64,000 nucleotides of DNA, from assembly GCF_009914755.1 (NCBI RefSeq), contig NC_060932.1, one strand, 5' to 3'. This document shows, piece by piece, positions 39,413 to 53,780 of this stretch. The notes beneath the pieces are model-generated. The model searched no databases, was not told the DNA's origin, and saw only the letters and a program-made list of their open reading frames with translations. The stretch is from the human T2T-CHM13v2.0 reference genome, Homo sapiens. How positions within the stretch are numbered: position 1 is the stretch's first letter; each line of letters begins with the position of its first letter. The translations under genes and the position numbers were made by a program.

Positions 39413-40054
39413 CCCCTGAGAAGTTGGGGAAATCTGTAGCTTGTCAGGGGAAGGAAAAACTCATGGAAACAACTTGGGAAAAAAAGAGGAAGCAGGTTAG
39501 GAAAGGAGGTGAGGGGAATTGAAGGTGGAATTCAGCTCCTCCCAGGGCTCTGTGGAGGCACCACAGCAGTGGCATCTGCCCAGGCAAAGGTAAAGCCCAC
39601 CCACTTCAGAGCAGCTTTGTCTTTAGAAAGGAGGCCTCCAGGCTCAGCCAGTCCTCAGAACCTACTGGCTGGTAGAACCTTCTTATTCCCTAGGAGATCA
39701 CTTGAGGGGATGAAGGATGGGTGAGGGAAAGGGATTGCACTCCCCTTCTTCCCAGCACAGAGGAATTTGACGTTGGCACTAACCCAGAGGGAACTGCCCC
39801 TTTGTCTATCAACTCTACTTTCTCCTTTGCTATCCCTACAGAGTAGCCCTTCCTGTGTGCTCTTCACTCACCCACCTCACTCCTCAGCCTGGACTGTGTA
39901 ACACTGACATAAAGAAATGAGGTGGGGAACATGCCTCCACTGTAGAGTGAACTGCTCAGAAAACAAATTAACTGAGGGCTAGATTCCACTTTGAGAACTT
40001 CAGGGGAGGCTTATTTAGGACTTGCAGGGATGGAGGATTGACAGCAGCCTGAAG

Positions 40055-40215
40055 GACAAGCAACAGATGGTGCCTAAGTTCCACCGCGGTTGCGTCACCA
40101 TGGAAAGCGGTTGCAACACCCAAATTGACCAGCAGTTCATCAGGGCCCTGGCCCCCAGGCCTCCTGCTGTGGCCAATCAGCTCATTGTTTGAAGGACCCA
40201 GTTCATTGTTTTGTT
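40055..40215. promoter_or_regulatory. Candidate enhancer: RFX-like, CRE-half, E-box, CCAAT and paired SOX motifs
   Basis: agcaacagatg 40059; tgcgtca 40091; gtcaccatggaaag 40094; tggccaatcag 40170; cattgtt 40183 and 40204. Confidence 0.45.
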
Positions 40216-42585
40216 GAGTCCACCATGAAACAAAATTCTTTCCAGAGCCTTGATTAGCCTTATTAGAGCTCATAAAACTTTTTCAGTCTGTCCAAATGTC
40301 TCCATTTTCTTCTAGATATTTGTGGTTGGGGGTATCTTTGCTGTCCGTTTTCAATTAGTAAAGAAATGCAGCAAAAGAATAAAAAGAAGAGCAAATTAGA
40401 ATCTGGACGCATTGCTTCTTAATACCATGTGAAAACTTGTGACAGAGGAAGGGGGTGAGATATAGAAAATACCTTCCTCTTTTTCACATTCCAAGACCAA
40501 GTCAACCGCTGGCTTATGGAATGCGTGTCATGCCGTTCCATGACATAATATGAGCCTTTTTATTTTTATCACAAACTGAAAATCTTGCTGATAAATGCCA
40601 ATATATATTAGGATTCTTCCTATTTCCTGGCCTGTGTGTGGTCATGGGCTGTATGCTATCCATTAATGATAGAACATTGACCTTGGCTGTACTCTAGGTT
40701 CACTGAACATTTCCTTAGGGCCCGGCAGAGCACAAGACATTTTTGCCAAAGCTGTCTCTGCAACTCTTCTTCACCCTCTTAATTTAAAAACCCGTGTGTA
40801 TTTTAACAAAAATATCATCCATCTGTTTCTGATTCATTTACACGTAACTGACCAAATCTCCTCTTCTCAAGGCTATCGTGTCCCACAGGCTCTGCATTGG
40901 TGTATAATACCATGTTGAACCTTTCTTCCCTGAATATTAAGAAGCCTTGTTTAGCCAAGAGATTACATGCTCCACTCCCCAGGATTGAAGGGGTGTAGTG
41001 GGAGGGTCCAAATTCCAAATCCCTTGGTGCGTCAGTCCACTATGGGCTTGGCAAAATGTCTCCACTCGTCCACAGTGCTGACTTGATTGAGCTGTTATTG
41101 CTATGATGTATGAGTGTGAGTGTGTTTGTTTATGAGTGTATGTGTGTGTGCACTGACTGGTGGTGATTAAACATATTTCGTGACATTAACTCAGACTAGG
41201 GGTAGGCTTCACTTCTCTGTAGTCAGATCAACTGGCTGACTTAGTGTGAGACTGAATTGAATTCCTCCTATGACTTCCGCTGTGCTGGGTTTTATCCACC
41301 TGTCAACCAGGAGCAGAAAAATGAGAAGCAAGGCTTCTCAAAAACAGGAGGAAGAACTCAAGTTCTGGGAGTTCTCCCAGCATTCTTCACTTCAGGCAGC
41401 TTTATTCTCAGTTGGGAAGAGGGTATACAGGAGACCACTAGGTCAAGTCCACTCTCAGCATGGACAAGTGAGAGAAATCGTCGCTATTACTTCAGCTGTG
41501 TTGGATACTGGCATCATGCCAATCCACCAAGAGCTTCTCCCAAACTGGAAGCCACAAAAAAAGACCTGGGCCACCTAAGGCTGCCCTCACAGCCCAGACA
41601 AGAGTTGGCATGTCAAATGATGAATGTTTTTTCTACCTGTTCCACAAGAGCTAGATAGGGCCATCTACATCTAAACTCTATCAAACCCAAAACTTGCTTT
41701 TAAAAAAGTTCATTGAAACCTTAGTTATTCAGCATTCTGCTACTTCTGACAATATTCACCATGATGAAATCAATTCCTTCTTCCAATCCAGTTTTCTTTA
41801 ATAAATCTTATTTTTATAGACTCAGATTAACCTATTTCTTCATTATTTTTATTAAGTTGTGAGCCACATAGAAAATTTAACACAAAGTTACATTTGTGGA
41901 GTGACATGAAATATTTGGGCTTACAAGTTGAGTGTGGAAAAAAATGATTTCTCAAAATCAAGCTCAACACTATCTCCTAACTTAGTAAACAGACACTGGG
42001 TTAAATAAGGAAAATAAACTTTATTCTGGAAGTACAAGAGGTCTGAGTCTACTTGAATGTTGTGGGATATGTTGCAATTGATCTGTAGTTAATAATAGTT
42101 AAAGTACTAAAGTTTGTGAATAATTCACTTTTAAATAAAACTTAGTGGTAGCTTCAAGGTAAGCCCTATAATAATGCCACTTGAAACCACCACATTCTCT
42201 GATATGCTTTACTGAGTTGGAGCGAAAGGGTTCATGTTACTTCAAGGACCCCTAGGATAGTGCATAGGGATGCAATGGGAATGCGTCCTGCATGTGAACA
42301 TCATCCATCACTCATGTTATGGCAGAAACAGTTGGGAACCTCTACACTCAAGGTCTCAGTACATGTCATAGTTGGAATTGTGAGGCTCTTTCTCACTTTT
42401 TAATGTAGAGGGATTTGATTTTTAGCCATTATTATTATATAAAGCAAGCTCACACTCAGAAAAGGATATTTAAGGGTTTTACTGGCCAAAGTGGCATTCC
42501 TGTGCAGTGTGATCTTGTAGTAAGGCAGAATTAGGAAACAGTGCTGGCATTAATAAATTCTCCTTTCTCTCTCCCTCCCTGCTTC

Positions 42586-42628
42586 TGTGTGTGTGTGTGT
42601 GTGTGTCTGTGTGTGTGTGTGTGTGTGT
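42586..42628. repeat. (TG)n microsatellite
   Basis: About 21 units with one interruption. Confidence 0.95.
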
Positions 42629-42744
42629 TCATGTGTACAGTTGATTAATTGGTTGGTTGTTTAGTGTAGAAAGTGAGTTACTGGTTCTGTGAACCATGGG
42701 CACAGCTGTGTCTAAGATAAGATTAGGAAAAGCATCAGCCACTC

Positions 42745-42960
42745 TGCAAATGGCACTAGATGGAATGCTAATGAGGCCAACGTCATGACTTCATGTTCAA
42801 TCTGTGTACTGAGACTACTTAATTTATACTATAGGCATGACCTGTGGGTTCCCTAAACCCCATCTCCATACCAGCCACCAGCCAGTATCTCCTAAATACA
42901 TGCTATGGTCACAGTCTGGACCAAAAGATCAAATGTGACAATTGTTATGGATCGCTGAGA
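42745..42960 (+). mobile_element. MamSINE1-like ancient tRNA-derived SINE
   Basis: tgctaatgaggccaacgtcatg (tRNA-like head) and ccagccagtatctcctaaatacatgctatggtcaca (body). Confidence 0.65.
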
Positions 42961-43498
42961 ACCTCGGTTGTCCTCAAACTCCTACTTAGAATCAAAAACA
43001 CTTACTGCCAAGGATATAAATAATAGCTCCCTGCAGTGGCATTTTAAAACTTTCCAGTCTCTGGATAGCTGTGTAAATCTGCCTTGCAGACTGAGGGTAT
43101 ACAACGCATTCAGATGAGGAAAGAGACCACACAATTTTTCCAGGCCAATGGGCAGGGCCATTTTATCTGTTTTTTCTTCCAGCATGCACTCATCACCTCT
43201 GTTCTTTACTACCATCTGACATTGATACAGAGGCTGTGCTTTTAAATTTTGACAAATCTTTACCATAATCCACTGGGCAAAAGAAACCTTGACAGCTGCC
43301 ATTCCTCCTTTTACCTGCAACCATTAATAAACAAAAATACAGGGTAAGGTTGAGTATGAGTCCCAAATGTCCCAACCAGCTGTTTCAGGTAAATTTTGCC
43401 TTTTCTTTCACTTCCCCAGTCTTCCTTCTTATACCTATACTTCACCTTAACTACTACCACTTTCTTCTCTCTCTCATGTTATTGCCAGTTCTAGAGTT

Positions 43499-44036
43499 TA
43501 TCAGTCCAAAAGGTTTTAACTGCTAGTAGCAGAAATCCAATTCAAACTAGCTAAAATATCAAGGAATTATATTGGCTAAATAGCTGGAAGTTCAGAGGTA
43601 GAGAGGTTATTCTCATGGTCAATTCAGGCCTCCATTTCTCTGTAAGTCTCTGCTCTCTTCCATTAATTTGTTTTATCTAAATCTGACTTCCCTTCTGGCC
43701 ATAAGATGGCAGCCAACAGCAAGAGGTAGGGAATCACCCGCCTTATTCACATCCTTTGAAAGAAGAAGCTGACTTCTGTTCTACTCTCCTAAGGACAAGG
43801 AAGAACTTGCCTGAAGTCTCCAGTAACCCATTCTTAGACCAGAATTGGGTCATATGCCCATTCCTGAAGCATTCACTAACAAGTGGATTAGATTCTTTAG
43901 CTGGTTTCAATTAATTGAGTCTTACCACTGAAGTCAGAGATGGGGTAACTTCCCCTAAATCCTACGAACAAAACTGAGATGTCACGGTGAAGAAAGGAGA
44001 GAATGGATGCTGGATAGGCCATTGACACTGTCCAAC
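43499..44036 (-). mobile_element. MLT1K/L-type MaLR LTR
   Basis: cagaaatccaattcaaactagctaaa...ttgggtcatatgcccattcctgaa...gaatggatgctggatagg. Confidence 0.75.
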
Positions 44037-45059
44037 AGATTGGGTATGTGCCCTTTAACTATTTAGATTATACATTGGTATAATCCATGAATAAGAAATA
44101 ACTAATTTTGAAGCTCCATTCCATTGCCTTTTTGGGTTGTGGAGGCTTCAGAGAGCTTTGTTTGACCTAGGGGGACCACATCTGCTCCTATGGGCTCATT
44201 CCCTTCCCATGAGGCAGCAGTTACACAATGAGGTAAAAACCAGGCCTGAAAACTTCTCTAAACTTAGCTCCCTTCCTGGAGAATTGGCCAACTCTACATT
44301 CTCATGTCACAAACCATTCAAGCCCCTGCGTGCAAACGCCTCACTCCTAGTATTTCAAAGGGCAGACCATTCCTCAGATGGGGAAGGCAACTGGGCAGGG
44401 CACAGGCACATGGCTCACATTTTCCTGCTCACGATATTTTTTCCATTGACTCAAGCCACAGCTGCTTCTTGGAGGGCCATGTTTGCTGATGATGACACAA
44501 ACTGTTTCCGATCTCTGAAGTACTCATCTTCAGATTGCCCAGTGTGATATAACCTCTTTGGAATCAAACTTCTGTTGCCCTAAATGCCCTTATGATTCTA
44601 AAACAAGACCTGGGGTTGCAGAACCATACACTAGCATGTAGACATAGCAGTTTCTTCCAAGCAAAAGAAGAAAGAAACCAAGATTGTTATCACTGATCCC
44701 TTGGCATTGGCTGGTCCAGAGTTGCCCTTACCCAACTAATTCATTCCTTATGCTCATATCCTGTAAGATTCCAGAACCTCTCCACCCTTACCTCATCTAC
44801 ACCCAAGAACCCCTATACAAGCCCAAGTCTATCCTCACAAACTATGACCTAGAAAGCCTTCCTGCCTTGTTCACAGCCCTACCCTGACTGCCCTGATCTA
44901 TTACTGTAGTCAACACCAGCCCTCCATCCTTTACTCTGCCAAGAAAAAGTATTTCAATGCTACTATTCTTGGATTCCTGAATTTCGCTTGAGCAAATCTA
45001 GCTCCAGTTCTGTATTTCAATCTAAAATTCCATTCAGAGTACATTGGTTTGCATAATTG

Positions 45060-45335
45060 AAAATACCACACAGAGTGGATGTAAATGTGGCTCCATCAAT
45101 TGCTAACTATGTGAACCTAAGTGCATTACTGTTACTCCTCATCATGTTGTCAACATGCATTTATTAAGGGCCAACTATGTGTCAGACAGTGTGCTAAGCT
45201 CTAAGACTAAGCTCCTTCATCTATCAAAAGGAATTAATAAAACATCTCATATGGTTGTTGTAAGAATTAAATGAGATAATACATGTCAAATTCCTGGCAC
45301 AATGCGAAATGCATAGGAAACATCCATAATTGGTG
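45060..45335 (+). mobile_element. MIR (composite, with an inverted L2/MIR piece)
   Basis: catctcatatggttgttgtaagaattaaatgagataatacatgt...cctggcac. Confidence 0.7.
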
Positions 45336-46786
45336 GCTTGAGTAGCTGTTATAATTACTGAGAAAGCACCTGGTCCATCTGCTTCCCCCTACAATGTGAT
45401 CCATCTGAGGGCTTCAGGAGTTCCTCAATCCCTTCTTCTGCTTTCATTTCAATCTGTCATGCTTCCCAGATATCTTACAGATATGGATTGGGCAGCTGCT
45501 TAAAATGGGTCCACTGGTGATGTCAACACAATCATGTCCCCACACACAGAGCTTGGTGCAGGCGCAGGGCTTAGCCAACCACAGGCTCAAGTCCCAAGTG
45601 CCATGTCCCCGGTTTGCCCTGGAGTGTGAGTGTGCTGTGCCTGTGTAAGAAGTGCACATGTCTTTAGCCATAAATGTTGCATGGCTGTTATAAACCATGA
45701 GGTCTGGTAATACCAGCAGCAGCTTATCAGGTTTCAAATGTACCACTTTCTTCTAGGTTTCCAGATGCTCTTTATTCATTCTGTCTCTCTCCCCGCCACC
45801 ACCAACTCTCCTCTCCTTTTCCTCATTCTAAAATGCCCCATATTGTTTACTTTAATCTAACAATTTGTAATTAAGTTGAATATAACTTCAAGAGTGGGGA
45901 AAAACCGCTAGAAGTGTCTATTTAAAGGAGAAACAGGAGTGGAAATTTACCACATGCCTCACTGTGCCAGACCATTCATTGGTCACAGGCAGACTAAATG
46001 AAGGTGACTCAAGGCTCTTCAACTTAGAGGAAAGAAATGGATGAGAGGATCTGATTTAATATCATTACAAATTTACAACTCATTTTCAACATATTTCTCA
46101 GTGTATAAGATCTAGTGCCTTAACAAAAGGAAAGACCTCTATTAAGGGGGCCTGCTTACTAGAAACCACACATGGTCTCTCTACTGCAAGGGAAAATCCC
46201 TTCTCCTAAGACAAAGTCTATTTTTGCAAAAACAGCAATGGTTGAAGAGTTACTACTAAGAGAGATAATCTAGGTAAGTGGCTCTTTCTTTCTTGACTTA
46301 TCTCTTCCTTTGTAAAATGGAAATTAAAACACAGCACCACCTCTGTTCTTTAAAGGACCTCAAGGGGGCTACTGATACTATCTTCCCCTCTAGCCCATCC
46401 TGGTGTTTAAGAGACTGTGCTTACTAAGAAAAGTCTTAAGATGATGTCTGTGTTAAGGCAACACGACCCTTGGAAGGAATATCATAGAGAAGTCATCCCA
46501 CTGGGAAGTTATTCATCCCATTAAGTGATTGCTACTCCATGGCAAAGGGCCAATGAGTGATGAAATCAGACACAGGGCAAGGAAGCCAGGAGCCCGAGCA
46601 CCTCTGCCTGGAATGGTGATGTCACACTCAGAGTGCCAGCAGACAGAGTTGTGAAGAGCATTATAAGATGCTAGGGGAAGAGCAGCAGACAGGGGAGTTG
46701 TGTTAAAAGGATGGGAGGACACGATTTGCAGAATTCCATTGGGCTTTTCTGATTCTTATGACACATGAAAGCCACCCAGGAAGAAC

Positions 46787-47262
46787 TTAAGCCACCAAGT
46801 TTGTGGCACTTTGTTACTACAGCCCTGGAAAACTAACACAGATTTTGGTACTGGAAGTGGGGTGGCTTAAAACTACAGAAAAATATTGCCTCACAGTTCT
46901 GGAGAATGGAAGTCTGAAATTAAGGTGTCTGGAGGGCCATCCTCTCTCTGAAACATGCATCCTCTTTCTAGCTTCTCATGGTGGCCATCAATCCTTGGCA
47001 TTTCTTGCAGCTACATCACTCTAATCTCAGCCTCTGTCATCACATAACATTCTCTTTGTGTGTCTTTGTCCAAATTTCTCTCTTCCTGTGAGGATACAAG
47101 TCACATTGATTACAGCCCACCCTAATAGCCTCATCTTAGCTTGATTACATCTTCAAAGATCCAAATACTATTTTCAAATAAGGTTATATTCATAGGTCCT
47201 GAAAGTTAGGACTTCAACAAATGTTGTTGGTTTTTTGGCAGGGGGACACAATGCAACCTCCA
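46787..47262 (-). mobile_element. MLT1B/C MaLR LTR with an inverted terminal segment
   Basis: Body 46861-47262 is on minus; the LTR end and internal start at 46787-46860 are on plus. Confidence 0.8.
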
Positions 47263-48479
47263 ATCAACCCCCCAGTAGACCATGTCATAGGTCCTCAGTT
47301 GACTGCAGTTAGTAAGTGGCCATTGAGAGTGTACTTGATTGAACTTCCAAAGACTAATTTGTGAGTGTAAATGCCACATCAGGCAATGAAAATTGATGCT
47401 GGACATGGAAGGCCTCCAGGAGTTGGGCAAGTTCCTCTCGATTTACTAACAGCTTTCCAGGCTCTCATGGAAGTTTGGGGAGCTGTAAGAGAAACCAGGG
47501 ACCTTTGGCTGCTAGTGACATGAAAGTTGTGAAAGTGGTGCAAGGTATCAAATGGTTTCATAGGATGCTGAATATTTTATTCCCAGCAGGCAGTTTGATC
47601 TTCTCTGGAACTCAAACCACTGAATTTCCCAAGACACTAGAGAGAAATAATCACAACTTTCTGATGTACAAATCATTCTGGCAATAAATTTTCCAAAGAG
47701 CAAAGGATCCAGGATTCTTTTTTGCTGAAGCAAATCTAAGTGATGACACAGAGAAGCACCAGGACATTTGTGTGTCTGTCATGGAAGAGGATTACGTTTC
47801 TACATCTTCTGGTTCAAGGTTTTCAGGTGCAATCATTGCTCTCAGTTTGACTATTTCGTCTCCACATACAGGGGGCTATTCAGAGACTCCTTTGGCATCT
47901 GGCAACATGGGTTTCATGACCACAAAGTAAAAACGAAATAATGCACATACCAAAACATAAACACATTGTAAAGTGCACTCAGCCTCAGATTCCAAACTCA
48001 GCGACCCTGCATGATTTAACAAAGGGGGAAGCCAGACTCCTGTCCCGCGGGGGGAGAAACAAGGCCTCCAAACTGACAGCTACTATCATTCCAAAACAAG
48101 TCATTGTTTATAAATGAATATTCTTTGTGATAAATTATTGAATTACATGAAGATTCTATGATTGCCTGCTGCTGCCAGATTTGGTTTTGGTCTCAAAAGC
48201 CAGCATGGAATGTACTAGAGACAGACAGCAAAATTAAAAACTGCTGTCCTTTCTCACAAAATTCTCCAAATTCTCAGTCTCCCCCAAACTTGTAATATGA
48301 GTTCTAGATTTGGACACCCACAAGACCCTTCAGAACACTTATAACATATATGGTTTTAGATTAGAGACACTTTGGGTCATTCTGAGAAAAACGTAGGCAC
48401 GAATCACAGCCCATGATTTACTTTATGATAGGTAGTACTCAAAATCGAAAAGTAAAGAGAGCCATGGCTTTTCATAAAT

Positions 48480-48710
48480 ATTCACTATGTAGCAGGCATT
48501 GTCCTGGCTGCTTTACACAGTTATCTCATTTAATCCTCATAGTATCCCTAAGAGTTCATTATTAGACCCATTTAGCAGGTGAAAACAACTGATGCATGCA
48601 AAGGTTACATGATTCGCCTAAGTTCACACAGCAGTAAATTGAGAATGCCAATTGAGAATGGCAGCTGGCATTTGATTCCAAAACTCATACTCTTTCCTCG
48701 ATAGCACACT
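48480..48710 (-). mobile_element. MIR
   Basis: tatctcatttaatcctcatagtatcccta...aaggttacatgattcgcctaagttcacacagc. Confidence 0.8.
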
Positions 48711-49009
48711 TGCTCCCACCACAGCTTAACAGATAACTACATCTGGTACTAGTATTCAAAGAAAAATACTGTGCCATTTTCTAAACTCTTACATTGACTC
48801 TTTACATACTATTTTTCAAATAGGCCTATTTTAGAAAAAAAAACACTGAAGATGAAAAAATTATTATCGTTTTTGATTTGTCTTTTCCTTTGGAATAGAT
48901 TTTTCCTCCTCCTCCTTCTTCTCCTGCTCCTCCTCCTCCTATTTTTCTTCTTCCAAATTAACTGGAAAATGAGTTAATTCCCTTGAAATTAGCAGAAATA
49001 AGAAACAAC

Positions 49010-49175
49010 AGCACTGGCTTTTAATCTCAGTTTTGCTCCTCATTCACTCGGTATAAATCTAAATCTCAGCTCCTCTCTTACACAAAGGGGATGACAAAAA
49101 CCATGTTGCCTATTTCACAGGTTGTTGCAATAATTAAGTGATATAATATCAGGAAAAGCATTTTGTAACCCATTA
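49010..49175 (+). mobile_element. MIR fragment
   Basis: gcctatttcacaggttgttgcaataattaagtgatataat. Confidence 0.6.
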
Positions 49176-49269
49176 ACCTCAAATTCTGTATATAATTATT
49201 GTACCCTAGAATGTTCTCTGATAGTTCAATGAGAAAGAAAAAAAATTTAGGATAATAGTCCAGTGTTAG

Positions 49270-49380
49270 CCAGTGGTCTGTGGATAAGCAGGATCTCTGA
49301 TAAAAACAACAACAACAACTGATTTTTAGCAGTTGCCAATTCCCATGGTGTAAATACTCCCAACAAGAAGTTGGTAGCTT
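49270..49380 (-). mobile_element. MER63-like hAT fragment
   Basis: ttgccaattcccatggtgtaaatactccc. Confidence 0.55.
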
Positions 49381-49389
49381 TGGTAGTAC

Positions 49390-49479
49390 TATAAGCCAAA
49401 CGAACTTCTTTTCTTTATATTAGAGTAAATTACCCACCCTCAGATATTCCTTTATAGCAACACAAAACAGACTAAGACA
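49390..49479 (+). mobile_element. MST LTR 3' end fragment
   Basis: aaattaccca...tattcctttatagcaacacaaaacagactaagaca. Confidence 0.75.
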
Positions 49480-50053
49480 TCAACCCAACAAATCTTTCTA
49501 TTTGCTGCTTTGACCCCTGTCTGAAGAGTGAGTGACTGTCTCATATAAAGCTGGTATGTTGCCCAAGGAAAAAAAAATGTGCTCCAGGGAAATGTCATTA
49601 CTGCAGTCAGACACTGGGTGCCAAGAACCAGAACTCAATCCACCCACTCTTTCCTTGTTCACAGTGTAACAGTTAACATTTGATTTGGCTACATATAATA
49701 CAGACACAGTGGCTTAAACAAGATTATTTTTCTCTCTTATAAGAGAAAATGGGAAATGGGTCAACCAGAACCAACCTACATCAAGGACCTAGGCTTCTTT
49801 CAGTTGCCCCTTCCACTGTCGTCATGGTCCAAAATGTTTGCTGGCACTTTATCCATACCATACGAGCTCTAGGTACTAGAATGGAAAAAGAAATGAAAAT
49901 AAAAGCACATTATCTTACTTTTAAGGATGCTTCCTAGAAGTCCCACACAGTACGTTGCTTATATCTTGCTGGCTAGAAACTAATCAGGGGCCATACCTAG
50001 CAACATAAGAGGCTTGAAAATATAGCCTTTTATCTTAGGGCAATGTGTCTAGC

Positions 50054-50482
50054 TTTCTTAGTCCATTTTTGTGTTGCTATAGAGGAATACCTCCTGAGAA
50101 GGGGTAATTTACAAAGAAAAGAGGTTTATTTGGCACATAGTTCTGACGTCTGGAAAAGTTCAGGATTGGGCATCTGCATCTGGTGAGGGCCACAGGCTCC
50201 TTCCACTCATGGCAGAAGGTGAAGGGGGGCTGGCCTGTGCAGAGATCAAATGGAGAGAGAGAAAGTAGGGGATGGGGGAAGGTACCAGACTTCTTTTAGC
50301 AACCAGTTCTCCCAGGAACTAGTAGAGTAAGAAATCACTCACCCCCAATCTCCAGGGAGGGCACTAATCTATTCATGGGGGATCCATCCCCATGACCAAA
50401 CACCTCCCATTAGGCCCCACCTCTGACACCGGGGATCAAATTTCAACATGAGGTTTGAGGGACAAACCTTCAAACTACAAAA
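50054..50482 (-). mobile_element. MSTB-type MaLR solo LTR
   Basis: tcttagtccatttttgtgttgctatagaggaatacc...tttcaacatgaggtttg; 5-bp TSD ctagc at 50049 and 50483. Confidence 0.9.
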
Positions 50483-50522
50483 CTAGCTATCAGGCTCTTT
50501 TATAAGGAGGAAGGGAGAATAG

Positions 50523-51820
<1,298 letters not shown>

Positions 51821-52362
51821 ATCACTTCATACAGCCTGGCAGGGCTATGAGTCCTGAGGCAATATCAGCCTCGGGCCACTCACATCTCTTCCCAGACTGA
51901 GCATTTCTCACTCTAATCACTGTTGCTCCGTGAAACACTAGCTGGGATGACCCTGTCTGTCAGATCCTTCTGGATGGAGTATTGGAATTTTTTTTGATAT
52001 TTCTCCTTCAAGTTATTTAGGTACATCACCTCTTGATGTGTTTGAGTCTAAGAAAAACCTATAAGCTTTCCCTGAGAGGGACAGTGGGCTACAAGGAAGC
52101 AGGCTGGATTCCTGTTGGAGGATCAAGGGGTACATGGTGTGGATTTTCCAGACGAGGCTGCATAATATGGGCAGCGGAGAGTTTCAGTTCTCACTCAGAT
52201 AAAGAAGTGAAGTGGAGAAGTTGAGTATAGCTTTTAGCCTTAACTGATCAATAGATAAGAACCTTACCGCCATAAAGAAGGGATTTTGCTTACATTACAC
52301 ACAGAGAGTATCTTTAGACCAGGAAGTAAATACTGCTCAGTTAATACCAAAGAGAGAAAATA

Positions 52363-53780
<1,418 letters not shown>

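Noticed and set aside
40059-40180. A true MHC class II S-X-Y module
   Set aside because: X and X2 are not contiguous, and the Y box is inverted and about 100 bp away instead of about 20 bp; kept only as a generic enhancer candidate.
42750-42815. Possible tRNA gene
   Set aside because: The cloverleaf and B box are disrupted; better explained as the head of a MamSINE1-like element.
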